Below are positions 52,200-64,000 of a DNA stretch of 64,000 bases, one piece after another; positions within the stretch are counted from its first letter, which is position 1, and every line of letters starts with the position of its first letter. The stretch is from NCBI RefSeq assembly GCF_006345805.1, contig NC_043000.1:32736001-32800000 (forward strand). Reading direction: 5' to 3'. This stretch comes from Octopus sinensis (taxonomy: Eukaryota). A model generated the notes under the pieces. That model saw only the letters and a list, made by a program, of their open reading frames with translations, was not told the origin of the DNA and searched no databases. Both the position numbers and the translations under genes were made by a program.

Positions 52200-52689
52200 A
52201 TATAAATGCATACAAAGATTCGTTAGTAATTCATTTTATGAAGTTTAATTTTCTTTATACATCATCATCATCGTTTAACATCCGTTTTCCATGCTAGCAT
52301 GGGTTGGACGGTTCGACTGGGATCCTGGGAAGCCAGGAGGCTGCACCAGGCTCCAGTGTTTCTACAGCTGGATGCCCTTCCTAAAGCCAACCACACCGTG
52401 AGTGTAGAGGCAAGGCTGGCAACGGCCACGATCGGTTGGTGCTTTTTACATGCCACCGGCACGGAGGCCAGTCAAGGCGGCACTGGCAACTGCCACGTTC
52501 GGCTGGTTCTTTTACGTGCCACCGGCACTGGTATCACAACTGCAATTTCCATTGGTTTTTGGTGTTTCAGCCATGACCTTAGCCACTGTGTCTTTCTCCA
52601 TTTAAGTTAGCAAGGTGAGACTTGAAGGAAACTTGGCTACCATCTCCAGCAGTTTTAATAACTTCATAGACTGAACAAACCAATTACAA

Positions 52690-53037
52690 TAACAAGAGCA
52701 CTCAGAGAGTGCAAATGTCCACCAAGGCAACACCAATGTCCTCTCAATGATTAGCTGGAAATGACTTTTAAAATGAGGATATCTGAAATAAACATGATTG
52801 CTCTCACAAACGAGAATACTAAATATGAAGTAAAGAAAAAGGAAAAATAGTCCAGAATCCTTGTCCAGTACTGGATTAATCCCAAAATCTAATAGGTTTG
52901 TGCCAGTTATGTGGCCAAACATCCCTGAAAGTTTCATCCGAATCCATCCAGCGGTTCTTGAGATACCTTGTCTACGGACAAACAGGCAAACACAACTGGA
53001 AACAATACCTCTGCATTCGCTAAGGCAAAGGTAATAA
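52690..53037 (+). mobile_element. Helentron/HINE-like non-autonomous element
   Basis: Starts tAACAAGAG; sub-terminal tccaccaagg motif; 3' hairpin acctctgc..gcaaaggt followed by aataa. Confidence 0.5.
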
Positions 53038-53100
53038 ATTAAAATATAGACAGGAACAGATAATTTGTTTGTTACTGTTGTTGTTGAAGGGGGTACTTTG

Positions 53101-56100
53101 TGGGTAGCATCAGGGGGTATAGGTTAGCATCAGGAGGTATAGGTTAGCATCAGGGGGTATAGGTTAGCATCAGGGAGTAGAGATTAGCATCAGGGGGTAT
53201 AGGTTAACATCAGGAGGTATAGATTAGCATCAGGGGGTATAGGTTAGCATCAGGGAGTATAGATTAGCATCAGGGGGTATAGATAAGCATCAGGAGGTAT
53301 AGGTTAGCATCAGGGGGTATAGGTTAGCATCAGGGTGGTATAGATTTGCATCAGAGGGTATAGGTTTGCATCAGGGGGTATAGATTAGCATCAGGAGGTA
53401 AAGGTTAGCATCAGGCGGTATAGGTTAGCATCAGGGGGTATAGGTTAGCATCAATGATATAGGTTAGCATCAGGGGGTATAGGTTAACATCAAGGGGTAT
53501 AGATTAGCATCAGGAGGTATAGGTTAGAATCAGGGGGTATATATTAGCATCAGGAATAATAGGTTAGCATCAGGGGGCATAGATTAGCATTAGGGGGTAT
53601 AGATTAGCATCAGGGTGTATAGGTTAGCATCAGGGGGTGTAAATTAGCATGAGGGGGTATAGGTTAGCATCAGGAGGTATAGATTAGCATCAGGGGGTAT
53701 AGGTTAGCATCAGGGTGGTATAGATTTGCATCAGAGGGTATAGGTTTGCATCAGGGGGTATAGATTAGCATCAGGAGGTAAAGGTTAGCATCAGGTGGTA
53801 TAGGTTAGCATCAGGGGGTATAGGTTAGCATTAGGAGGTATAGGTTAACATCAAGGGTATAGATTAGCATCAGGAGGTATAGGTTAGAATCAGGGGGTAT
53901 ATATTAGCATCAGGGGGTATAGGTTAGCATCAGGAATAATAGGTTAGCATCAGGGGCATAGATTAGCATTAGGGGGTATAGATTAGTATCAGGGTGTATA
54001 GGTTAGCATCAGGGGGTGTAAATTAGCATGAGGGGGTATAGGTTAGCATCAGGAGGTATAGATTAGCATCAGGAGGAATAGGTTAGCATCAGGGGGTATA
54101 GGTTAGCATCAAAGGTGTAGATTAGAATCAGGGGGGTTTAGGTTTGCATCAGGAGGTATAGATTAGCCTCAGGGGGTATATATTAGTATCAGGGTGTATA
54201 GGTTAGCATCAAGGGGTATAGATTAGCACCAGGAGGTATAGGTTAGTATCAGGGGTGTAGATTAGCATCAGGGTGGTATAGGTTAGCATCAGGGGGTATA
54301 GATTAGCATCAGTGGTGTAGATTAGCATCAGGGTAGTATAGGTTTGCATCAGGGGGTATAGGTTAGCATCAGGGGGTATAGATTAGCATCAGGAGGTATA
54401 GGTTAGCATCAAGGGGGTATAGGTTAGCATCAGTGATATAGGTTAGCATCAGGGGTATAGGTTAACATCAAGGGGTATAGATTAGCATCAGGAGGTATAG
54501 GTTAGCATCAGGGGGTATAGATTAGCATCAGGGGTGTAGATTAGCATCAGGGTAGTATAGGTTAGCATCAGGGGGTATAGGTTAGCATCAGGGGGTATAG
54601 ATTAGCATCAGGAGGTATAGGTTAGCATCAAGGGGGTATAGGTTAGCATCAGTGATATAGGTTAGCATCAGGGGTATAGGTTAACATCAAGGGTATAGAT
54701 TAGCATCAGGAGGTATAGGTTAGAATCAGGGGGTATATATTAGCATCAGGGGGTATAGATTAGCACCAGGAGGTATAGATTAGCATCAGGGGGTGTATAG
54801 GTTAGCATCAGGGAGTATATATTAGCATCAGCGGGTATAGGTTAGCATCAAGGGTGTAGATTAGCATCAGGAGGTATAGGTTAGCATCAGGGGGTATAGA
54901 TTAGCATCAGGAGGAATAGGTTAGCATCAGGGGGTATAGATTAGCATCAGGGGGTACAGGTTAGCATCAGGGGGTATAGGTTTGCCGCAGGGGGTGTAGG
55001 TTAGCTACAGGTGGTATAGATTAGCACTAGGAGGTATGGATTAGATTCAGGAGGTATAGGTTAGCATCGGGAAGGTATATATTAGCATCAGGGGGTATAG
55101 GTAAGCATGAAGGGTGTAGGTTCGCATCAGGGGATATAGGTTAGCATCAGGAGGTATAGATTAGCATCAGAGGGTACAAGTTAGCATCAGGAGGTACAGG
55201 TTAGCATCAGAAGGTATAGATTAGCATCAGGGAGGTGTAGATTAGCATCAGGGGGTATAGGTTAGCATTAGGAGGTATAGATTAGCATCAGGTGGTATAG
55301 GTTAGCATCAGGGGGTATAGATTAGCATCAGGGGGAATAGATTAGCCTCAGGCGGTATATATTAGCATCAGGGAGTATAGGTTAGCATCAGGGGGTATAG
55401 ATTAGCATCAGGAGGTATAGGTTAGCATCAGGGGGGGTATAGATTAGCATCTGGGGTGTAGATTAGCATCAGGGTAGTATAGGTTTGCATCAGGGGGTAT
55501 AGGTTAGCATCAGGGGGTATAGATTAGCATCAGGGGTGTAGATTAGCATCAGGGTAGTATAGGTTAGCATCATGGGGTATAGGTTAGCATCAGGAGGTAT
55601 AGATTAGCATCAGAGGGTACAGGTTAGCATCAGGAGGTACAGGTTAGCATCAGAAGGTATAGATTAGCATCAGGGAGGTGTAGAGTAGCATCAGGGGGTA
55701 TAGGTTAGCATTAGGAGGTATAGATTAGCATCAGGTGGTATAGGTTAGCATCAGGGGGTATAGATTAGCATCAGGTGGAATAGATTAGCCTCAGGCGGTA
55801 TATATTAGCATCAGGGAGTATAGGTTAGTATCAGGGGGTATAGATTAGCATCAGGAGGTATAGGTTAGCATCAGGGGGGTATAGATTAGCATCAGGGGTG
55901 TAGATTAGCATCAGGGTAGTATAGGTTTGCATCAGGGGGTATAGGTTAGCATCAGGGGGTATAGATTAGCATCAGGGGTGTAGATTAGCATCAGGGTAGT
56001 ATAGGTTAGCATCAGGGTGTATAGGTTAGCATCAGGCGGTATAGATTAGCATCAGGAGGTATAGGTTAGCATCAGGGGGTATAGGATAGCATCAGGGGTG

Positions 56101-57380
56101 TAGATTAACATCAGGGTGGTATAGGTTAGCATCAGGGGGGTATAGGTTAGCATCAGGGGCTATAGATTAGCATCAGGAGGTATAGGTTAGCATCAAGGGG
56201 GTATAGATTAGCATCAGGGAGTATATATTAGCATCAGGGGGTATAGGTTAGCATCAAGGGTGTAGATTAGCATCAGGGGGTATAGGTTAGCATCAGGGAG
56301 TATAGGTTAGCATCAGGGAGTATAGGTTAGCATCAGGGAGTATAGGTTTGCAACAGGGAGTATAGGTTAGCATCAGGGATGTAGATTAGCATCAGGGGGT
56401 ATAGGTTTGCCACAGGGGGTATAGGTTAGCATCAGGGGGTATGAATTAGCACCAGGAGGTGTAGATTAGCATCAGGAGGTATAGGTTAGCACCAGGGGGT
56501 ATAGATTAGCATCAGGAGGAATAGGTTAGCATCAGTAGACATAGATTAGAACCAGGGGGTATAGATTAGCATCAGGGGGTATAGATTAGCGTCAGAGGGT
56601 ATAGGTTTGCCACAGGGGGTATAGGTTAGCATCAGGGGGTATGAATTAGCACCAGGAGGTGTAGATTAGCATCAGGAGGTATGGGTTAGCACCAGGGGGT
56701 ATAGATTAGCATCAGGGTGGGTATAGATTAGCATCAGGGTGGTATAGGTTAGCATCAAGGGTGTAGATTAGCATCAGGGGGTATAGGTTTGCCACAGGTG
56801 GTATAGGTTAGCATCAGGGGGTATGAATTAGCACCAAGAGGTATGGTTAGCATCAGGTGGTATAGATTTGCATCGGGGGGTATAGGTTAGCATCAGGGGG
56901 TATAGATTAGCATCAGGAGGAATAGGTTAGCATCAGGAGACATAGATTAGAACCAGGGTGTATAGATTAGCATCAGGGGCTATAGATTAGCGTCAGGGGG
57001 TATAGGTTAACATCAGGGGGTATAGGTTAGCACCAGGGAGTATATATTAGCATCAGGGGGTATATATTAGCATCTGGTGGTATAGGTTAGCATCAAGGGT
57101 GTAGATTAGTATCAAGGGGGTATAGGTTAGCATCAGGAGGTATAGATTTGCATCAGGGGGTATAGGTTAGCATCAGGGGGTATAGATTAGCATCAGGAGG
57201 AATAGGTTAGCATCAGGAGACATAGATTAGAACCAGGGGGTATAGATTAGCATCATTGGGTATAGATTAGCGTCAGGGTGTATAGGTTAACATCAGGGGG
57301 TATAGATTAGCATCAGGAGGAATAGGTTAGCATCAGGGGTATAGATTAGCATCAGGGGATATTGGTTAGCATCAGGGGAT
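53101..57380 (+). repeat. 20-bp minisatellite, about 210 units, consensus AGGTTAGCATCAGGGGGTAT
   Basis: Directly visible; variants AGG/AGA and GGGGG/GGAGG/GGGAG/GGTGG; higher-order blocks present. Confidence 0.99.
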
Positions 57381-59525
57381 GCATGAACTCAAAAAGACAC
57401 ACTGTGTGGGAGCTAGTCATAAGTGTGTGTGTCGGCCTTCCCTCCACGCACCAGTTGATAATCAGTGTTGGTTTGTTTACGTTCCTATGAATAGCAGTCT
57501 GACAAAAGAGCCTTATACAATAAGCACCAAACTTAGAAATAAGTCCTGAGGTTGATTTGTTTGACAAAATCCTTCAAGGTGGTGCTCCAGTATGGCCACA
57601 ATCCAATGACTGGTACAAGTTAAAAAAAAAATAAATAAAGATAAACTATCCTGTGTTTGAATGAAATGAATTGTGGTTTCAAAACAGAATGGAGAATATC
57701 TTCAAAGAATGCTTCCAAGGATTGAGATGTGTTATTTCTTTTGAGAAATGTGAGTTTTAAACAAATCTTTTAATCCAAATGAACAAGTGGAGGTGTTTGA
57801 ATCTATTCTATGTTGGACTTGCTTAACCCAGAACACCAAAGTGAAATGGGGTCATGATAAAGAATCCTTTTTCCTGTGACTATGGAATGGTTTTGCACAA
57901 TGAGTCACATTGGAGGATTTCAGAAATTACACTAACCATATGCAAAGCTGTCAAGTGGTAGAATAATTCTTTGATGCACTGAAGAATTTTTATGCAGACA
58001 GAGAACAAATCTGGAAAAATAAGAACTGAATGAAGTCTTGTCCTCAGTTAGCACCAGGTCTATGACTAACCATTCCACTTTTTTCTTTTCTTAATCATCA
58101 AGAAAATTGGACTGAGGATGCCTTGGTAAAAGCAACGTTATTGCTTCAAAATTGAATGAACTGCAGGAATCTCCAGTGGACATTAAAACAATGATGGTGG
58201 TATATAATTGTTTTAATGTCTATTTTCCCATTCTTGCATGGATAAGAGCACCATCTGAACGTGATCTTTGCCAGAGTGGCTAACTGGCTTCCTTGCCGGT
58301 GGCATGTTAGAGGCACCATTCGAGTGGGATCATTACCAATGTCGCCTTACTTGCACCTGTGCCATTGGCATGTGTAAAAAAAAAAAAAAAATTGAGCGAG
58401 GTCGTTGCTAGTTCCACCTGACTGGCCCCCATGCCAGTCGCATGTAAAAGCACCCACTACACTCTCGGAGTGGTTGGCATTAGGAAGGGCATCCAGCTGT
58501 AGGAACTCTGCCTGATTAAGACTGGAGCCTGGTGTAGCCATCTGGTTCACCAGCCCACAGTCAAACCATCCAACCCATGCTAGCATGGAAAGCGGACGTT
58601 AAACTATGATGATGATAAGATGAAATTTGTTGAGACAGATTCTCCATGGCCATATGCTTTGCTTCTCACCAACACTCGTGTTTCCAAGAATATTTTCACA
58701 AAAGGAGCAGAAATGAAGAATGCGGTTTGTAAGATAGTGACATCTTTTTTATTTATAACTACCACATGATGCCAAGACAAGGAGATGCAAGTGTGCACAC
58801 GTACACCCCCCCACACACATATATATACACACATACATATATATATATATACACACACACACACATATACATACATACACACACATACATACACACACAC
58901 AAATATATACACACACATTTACATACACACACATATACACATACACACGTATACATACGCAGACACACACACATATATACATATACATATACATATAGAT
59001 ATATAAACACACACACATGCATAAGCATACACACATACACACACACACACTGTGTGGTGAAGAAGTTTACTCCCAAGGACATTGTTTTGGGGTCAGTTCC
59101 ACTGTGTGGCACTTTTGGCCAAGTTGTGGATTTGCTAGAGGGAAACTGATAGAAGCCTATTGTCCATGGTTATCATCATCATTGCTTTAATCTCTTCTCC
59201 TCCATGAATGCATGGAGCAGATGAAATTTGTTGAGGCAGACTTTCTACAACCGGATGCTCTTGCTGTTGCCAATCCTTGTCTGCTTCCATGCAGGATATT
59301 TATTTTCTCATGGCTGGATTGAAAAGGAATAAGACCGTTTGTATGTTAGTGATACTTGTTTACAAATCTTGACAGGCTTCTTTCAGTTTCCATCTGCCAA
59401 ATCCACTCATAAGGCATTGGTCAGCCTGGGGCTACAGTAGAAGACACTTGTCCAAGGTGCCATGCAGTGGAACGGAACCTGGAACCATGTGGTTGGGAAG
59501 CAAGCTTCTCAATCCCACAACCCTT

Positions 59526-61490
59526 CATCATCATCATCATCATCATTTAATGTCCGCTTTCCATGCTGGCATAGGTTGGACGATTTGACTGAGGTCTGGC
59601 GAACCAGATGGCTGCACCAGGCTCCAATCTGTTCTGGCAGAGTTTCTACAGCTAGATGCCCTTCCTAACGCCAACCACTCCGTCAGTGTAGTGAGTGCTT
59701 TTACATGCCACTGGCACGAGGGCCAGTTAGCTTGTACTGGCAATGGCCATGCTCAAATGGTGCTTTTTATGTGCAACCTGCACAGGAGCCAGTCCAGCGG
59801 CACTGGCAATGACCTCACTCGAATGATTTTTTTTTCACGTGCCACCAGCACAAGTGCTAGTAAGGCGACGCAGGTAACGATCACGCTTGAATAGTGTGTT
59901 TAATGTGCCATTGGCACGGAGGCCAGCTTGTTGTTCTTGCAACGATCTCACTCGTATGGTACTCTTAGTGCTCCACTAGTAACGGATGCCAGTCACCAAG
60001 TTTGATTTAGATTTTGATTTCACTTGCCTCAACAGGTCTTCGCAAGCAGAGTTTAGTGTCCAATGAAGGAAAGGCATGCATAAGTGGACTGGTTACACCC
60101 CTGGCATAGGCCACAAGGTTATGGTCTCACTTGCGCTTGCCAAGTCTTCTCAATCACAGCATATTTCCAGAGGTCCCGGTCACTAGTCATTGCCTTGATG
60201 AGGCCCAATGTTTGAAGGTCATGCTTCACCACCTCATCCCAGGTCTTCCTGGGTCTACCTCTTCCACAGGTTCCCTCAACTGCTAGGGTATGGCACTTTT
60301 TCACACAGCTATCCTCATCCATTCTTGCCACATGACCATACCAGCGCAGTCGTCTCTCTTGTGCACCACATCTGATACTTCTTAGGTCCAACCTTTCCCT
60401 CAAGGCCCTAACATTGTCGAGTATGCACACTGACATTACACATCCATTGGAACATACTTACACATGTCCTCAGCAGTCACGGCCATGTAGCATGGCTGTT
60501 CGTACACGTGCGTCGTAAAGTCTGCCTTTTACTCTGAGCTAGAGGCCCTTTGTCACCAGCAGAGGTAAGAGCTCTCTGAACTTAGCCCAGGCTATTCTTA
60601 TTCTCGCAGCTACACTTTCAGTCCACCCTCCCCCACTACTGACTTGGTCACCTAGGTAATGGAAGCTATCAACTACTAGTTTTTCCTCTGGAATGTGGCG
60701 GAAGTTGTTCTCTGCACATTTTCAGAGTTATTTATAGCTCCCGAGCATCTGCAACATACAAAAACTATCTTCCCATTTAGCTTTCCATTGATATTGCTGC
60801 ACCTCTTATGTGTCCATAGCTTACACTGGGTACATCTTATAGAGTTTCTACTTACACCTTTTCTACAGATCGAGCAGGGACATCTACCTGAAGGGATTTG
60901 TGGTTTGCCTGCCTTTCTACTTATTAGGACTTTGGTTTCAGCTAGGTTGACTCTAAGGCCCTTCAATTCTAATCCTTGTTTCCATACTTGAAACTTCTCC
61001 TCTAGTTCTGATAGTGACTCAGCAATTAGAGCAAGGTCATCAACATAGAGGAGCTCCCAGGAGCATCCTGTCTTGAATTCCTCTATTATTGCCTGGAGGA
61101 CTATGATAAATAGGAGGGGCTGAGGACTGAACCTTGGTGGACCTCTACCTCTACCCGGAATTCTTCACTGTACTCATTGCCAACCCTCACCTTACTGATT
61201 GTATTCCTGTACATGGTTTGCACAACTCTCACTAACCATTCATCTATCCCTAGTTTCCTCATTGACCACCAGATAAGGGATTGGGAGACCCTGTCAAAGG
61301 CTTTCTCCATATCAATGAAAGCCAGGTACAGGGGCTTATCTTTGGCGAGGTATTTCTCCTGCAGTTGTCTTACCAGAAATATAGCATTGGTGGTGCTTTT
61401 CCCGGCACAAAACCAAACTGCATCTCATCCAAACTGACTCTCTCCCTAATTAGTTGGGCTATGACCCTCTCCGTGACCTTCATAACCTTC
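59526..61490 (-). mobile_element. 5'-truncated RTE-clade LINE (RT, PHD-like finger, 3'UTR, (GAT)n tail)
   Basis: MEKAFDRV..VHQGSVLSP; GLRVNLAETKV..CSICRKGV..CTQCKLWTHKRC..VCCRC; RRLRWYGHV..GRGRPRKTW. The many gatgat-tailed repeats in the window are shorter 3'UTR copies of this family. Confidence 0.92.
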
Positions 61491-62143
61491 TCTATACTAA
61501 ACACATACATACAGTCACATTTGTAATTTGTATGTGGGTGTTAATTTGATTGTGTGAAAAAGAACACAATAAAATGAACTAAGGGTGATAATCCCGGTGG
61601 ATTAAAAGCATGGATTTACTCAAGGGTTGATGAGCTGAAGGATGTATGCAAACAATTTTTTCGATGGATTAGAATTTTAATTCTTACTCTTTTACTTGTT
61701 TCAGTCATTTAAATGTGGCAATGCTAGAGCACCACCTTTAGTCAAGCTATAGTAGAAGACACTTGCCCAAGGTGCCACGCAGTGGGACTGAACCCGGCAC
61801 CATGTGGTTGGTAAGCAAGCTACTTACTATACAGCCACTCCTACTTAGAGCAAAATATCAAAACTTGAGCAGAAATAATGGCTCTCAGAGAAAACGGTAG
61901 TAGAGGGTGGTGGGAATGGTAGCGTTAGTGATGGTACAGATGGTGGTGGTGGATTATTTTCTCTCTCAACTTGAGAGAACTTTTAATTAAGTGGTGATAT
62001 TTTGCTTATGTCCCTCAGTACATCACTGTTAAAAATGTGTTTCCGTGTGTATATTCTTTTTACTTTTTGGCTCAGTAATTGGACTGCGGCCATACTGGGG
62101 CACTGCCTTGAAGGTCATGCTCGTAATACTATTTGTAATACTA

Positions 62144-62306
62144 TTATACCGAAGAGGTAACTTCGGTATAAGTACCGGTGTAAGAAAGTGTTGTTTTTTT
62201 TTTATATATATATGGGGAGTTAGGGTTAGGGGTGGGAGAAAAGGGTTTCTATTATCTTCAAAAATGTAAACAAAGCCACTTCCGGTACTTATACCGAAGG
62301 ATCGCC
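62144..62306. mobile_element. Small inverted-repeat element with internal TTAGGG repeats
   Basis: Perfect 18-bp IR at 62161-62178 / 62282-62299; extra 11-bp hairpin at 62144-62171; gttagggttaggg at about 62219-62231. Confidence 0.7.
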
Positions 62307-62334
62307 CTTGAAGTGTTTAGTCGAATAAATCGCC

Positions 62335-62438
62335 GGCGGAGGTAAAGAATACGCATACCACCCGTTTTCGGCATAACCCTAACCCTAAAACAAACCCTAG
62401 ACCCTAAACGCCAGGTGTGCGTATTCCTTACCTTCGCC
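62335..62438. mobile_element. 104-bp MITE with 25-bp TIRs and internal CCCTAA repeats
   Basis: TIRs 62335-62359 / 62414-62438 match at 22/25 with GG...CC ends; taaccctaaccctaa inside; flanks aaatcgcc / aaatatcc. Confidence 0.75.
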
Positions 62439-63065
62439 AAATATCCTCTCCTACTTCTTTTATAAGTTTAATACTTAGTCTATCGGTCTTTTTGCCGAAT
62501 CGCTAAGTTACAGGGACGTAAGTAAACCAACACCAGGTGTCAAGCGGGGGAGGAGACAAACACAAAGACACGCACCCGCACGCACACACATACACACGTT
62601 AAGTATATATAATCATTGTAAGTTTTCGTGCCTCATGCAACATAGATTACTGTTGCATCATAAATCTAAGCCAAATAAAAGATAAAGTTCACCATTTAAT
62701 ACAACGTATTAAACTGTTTTGTAAATAGTATTACGAGCATGACCTTAGTTGCAATAACTAATGCAAACAAAAGGTCAAGCACCCAAACAGAGAAATTATA
62801 TTATTTCAACATTTAAATTCAATCTTTTGTTGAAATGTTATTTTTTTTAAACTCGTGATTCAGGTTCTATAACTAAAATTCCGGGCACCCAGACTGAAAG
62901 GGCCCAAAGTTATTAGTTCACCGGTCGTTTATTCAAAGGCCACTGTTTTTGTGTGTACACCGGTCTTTTCCGTCAGTTAAATATGTGAGCGTCGCCCTTA
63001 AGTGGAGCGAAGTTTGTTTTTTCTTTTATTTCTCGCCATTCAGCTATTTATTTTATTTATTTATC

Positions 63066-64000
63066 ATGAATATTATACCATTATTGTGCGGTCTTGTGAC
63101 TGTTATTATTATCATAATAGCATTCATTTATGATTTAACCGAACCAGGCACTTCTTCGACCCCTACCGAAGTCTATTACAGTGTCACCAAAGAGAACGGC
63201 AAAGCTTTAAAACAAGATGAGGATAACACTGTTTTGAACGGAGAACACGACAAACTATTCTGGTTTATTCAGGTAACTGATATGCATTTTAGTATATTCC
63301 GTGACTTAAAAAGAGGACCGGATTTAATACAATTTTGTCAATCCCAGATAAGTATCATTCGTCCAAAGTTTGTTATCGTTTCGGGTGACATTGTAGATGC
63401 GAAAACTGAAAATATGCTTGGTTCACAACAATATTTAGCTGAATGGAAAATTTACCAGCAAGTGACGGATGAATGTGCTCGAGTGGTGCAAGGACAATGG
63501 TTCGATATTCGAGGAAACCACGATGTTTTCGACGTGCCCCATGTTAATAGTTCAAATAACTATTTTAAACGCTACACAAGTCAAAAGAAGTTCAGCAACC
63601 AAACATCATACATGTTTGATTTCAATACCGGTTACGGTCGTTATACATTCATTGGTATAGATGCTTGCTTAGCACCCGGTCCGAGAAGGCCGTTTAATTT
63701 CTTTGGGCGGCTGAGAGAGCAGGATGTGAACCAACTGTTGGAATATACGCACAAAAGTCGCAATAGTAACCTAACGATATGGTTTAGTCATTATCCAACT
63801 TCTTTCATCATCTCCCCAGACTTACGTTCGGTAATGAAAAGAGGTATCGCTCACTTATCTGGACATCTACACACGCTAGGTGGACATGTTCCTAATATGT
63901 ACACACGCCAAAAGACCGGAATGCTGGAATTAGAATTAGGGGACTGGAAAGACAACCGAATGTTTCGCCTTCTCGCTATCGATCACGACCTTTTATCATT
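63066..64000 (+). CDS. TMEM62: Transmembrane protein 62 (calcineurin-like metallophosphoesterase); N-terminal 311 codons, runs off the window
   Basis: Open frame from ATG 63066: N-terminal TM helix, FWFIQVTDMH, SGDIVDAK, DIRGNHD, PGPRRPFNFFG, WFSHY, GHLHTLGG, LELELGDWKDNR.FR..AIDHDL. Absent from the ORF track, presumably because it has no stop. Confidence 0.93.
   Translation, partial: MNIIPLLCGLVTVIIIIIAFIYDLTEPGTSSTPTEVYYSVTKENGKALKQDEDNTVLNGEHDKLFWFIQVTDMHFSIFRDLKRGPDLIQFCQSQISIIRPKFVIVSGDIVDAKTENMLGSQQYLAEWKIYQQVTDECARVVQGQWFDIRGNHDVFDVPHVNSSNNYFKRYTSQKKFSNQTSYMFDFNTGYGRYTFIGIDACLAPGPRRPFNFFGRLREQDVNQLLEYTHKSRNSNLTIWFSHYPTSFIISPDLRSVMKRGIAHLSGHLHTLGGHVPNMYTRQKTGMLELELGDWKDNRMFRLLAIDHDLLS

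Noticed and set aside
53101-57380. Minisatellite as a CRISPR array or repetitive protein gene
   Set aside because: There are no unique spacers. The 20-bp period cycles TAG (+) and TGA (-) stops through all frames, and the ORF track shows no ORF here.
705-59149. Numerous ORF-track entries of poly-I/Y, YVCM, THTH or LSLS type
   Set aside because: These are translations of stop-free microsatellites.
62215-62410. Chromosome end or telomere fusion
   Set aside because: Only 2-4 repeats, each enclosed within small inverted-repeat elements.
63469-63660. ORF-track 63-aa ORF
   Set aside because: It is an alternative frame inside TMEM62.

Overview
AT-rich, repeat-dense eukaryotic nuclear DNA. The SINE/LINE families and the microsatellite load look like an octopus (coleoid cephalopod) genome; this is an inference, not a database match. 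Two genes are recognisable: mitochondrial thioredoxin TXN2 (+, coding exons 40987-41252, 48410-48533, 51454-51567, 167 aa, WCGPC) and the first 311 codons of an uninterrupted TMEM62 metallophosphoesterase ORF (+, 63066 to the window end). Several orphan exons are also present: a terminal exon at 9469-9806 (+), an exon at 22514-22699 (+), and exons at 27719-28204 and 25900-26216 (-). The minus-strand pair may be driven from a promoter shared with TXN2 at about 36.7 kb. The rest is R4/Dong, RTE, CR1 and Penelope-like retroelements, tRNA-derived SINEs, maT, hAT and Helitron DNA elements, a tRNA-Gln pseudogene, and a 4.3 kb 20-bp G-rich minisatellite. The strongest unexplained signal is an intact type I hammerhead ribozyme (4092-4164) at the junction of a non-coding 403-bp partial tandem repeat (3725-4339). 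This is a retrozyme-like architecture that could release a 403-nt circularisable RNA. Decayed hammerhead relics occur in other Penelope-derived elements, and a pre-miRNA-like hairpin lies at 10903-10973. TE boundaries are approximate unless TSDs or TIRs are cited.
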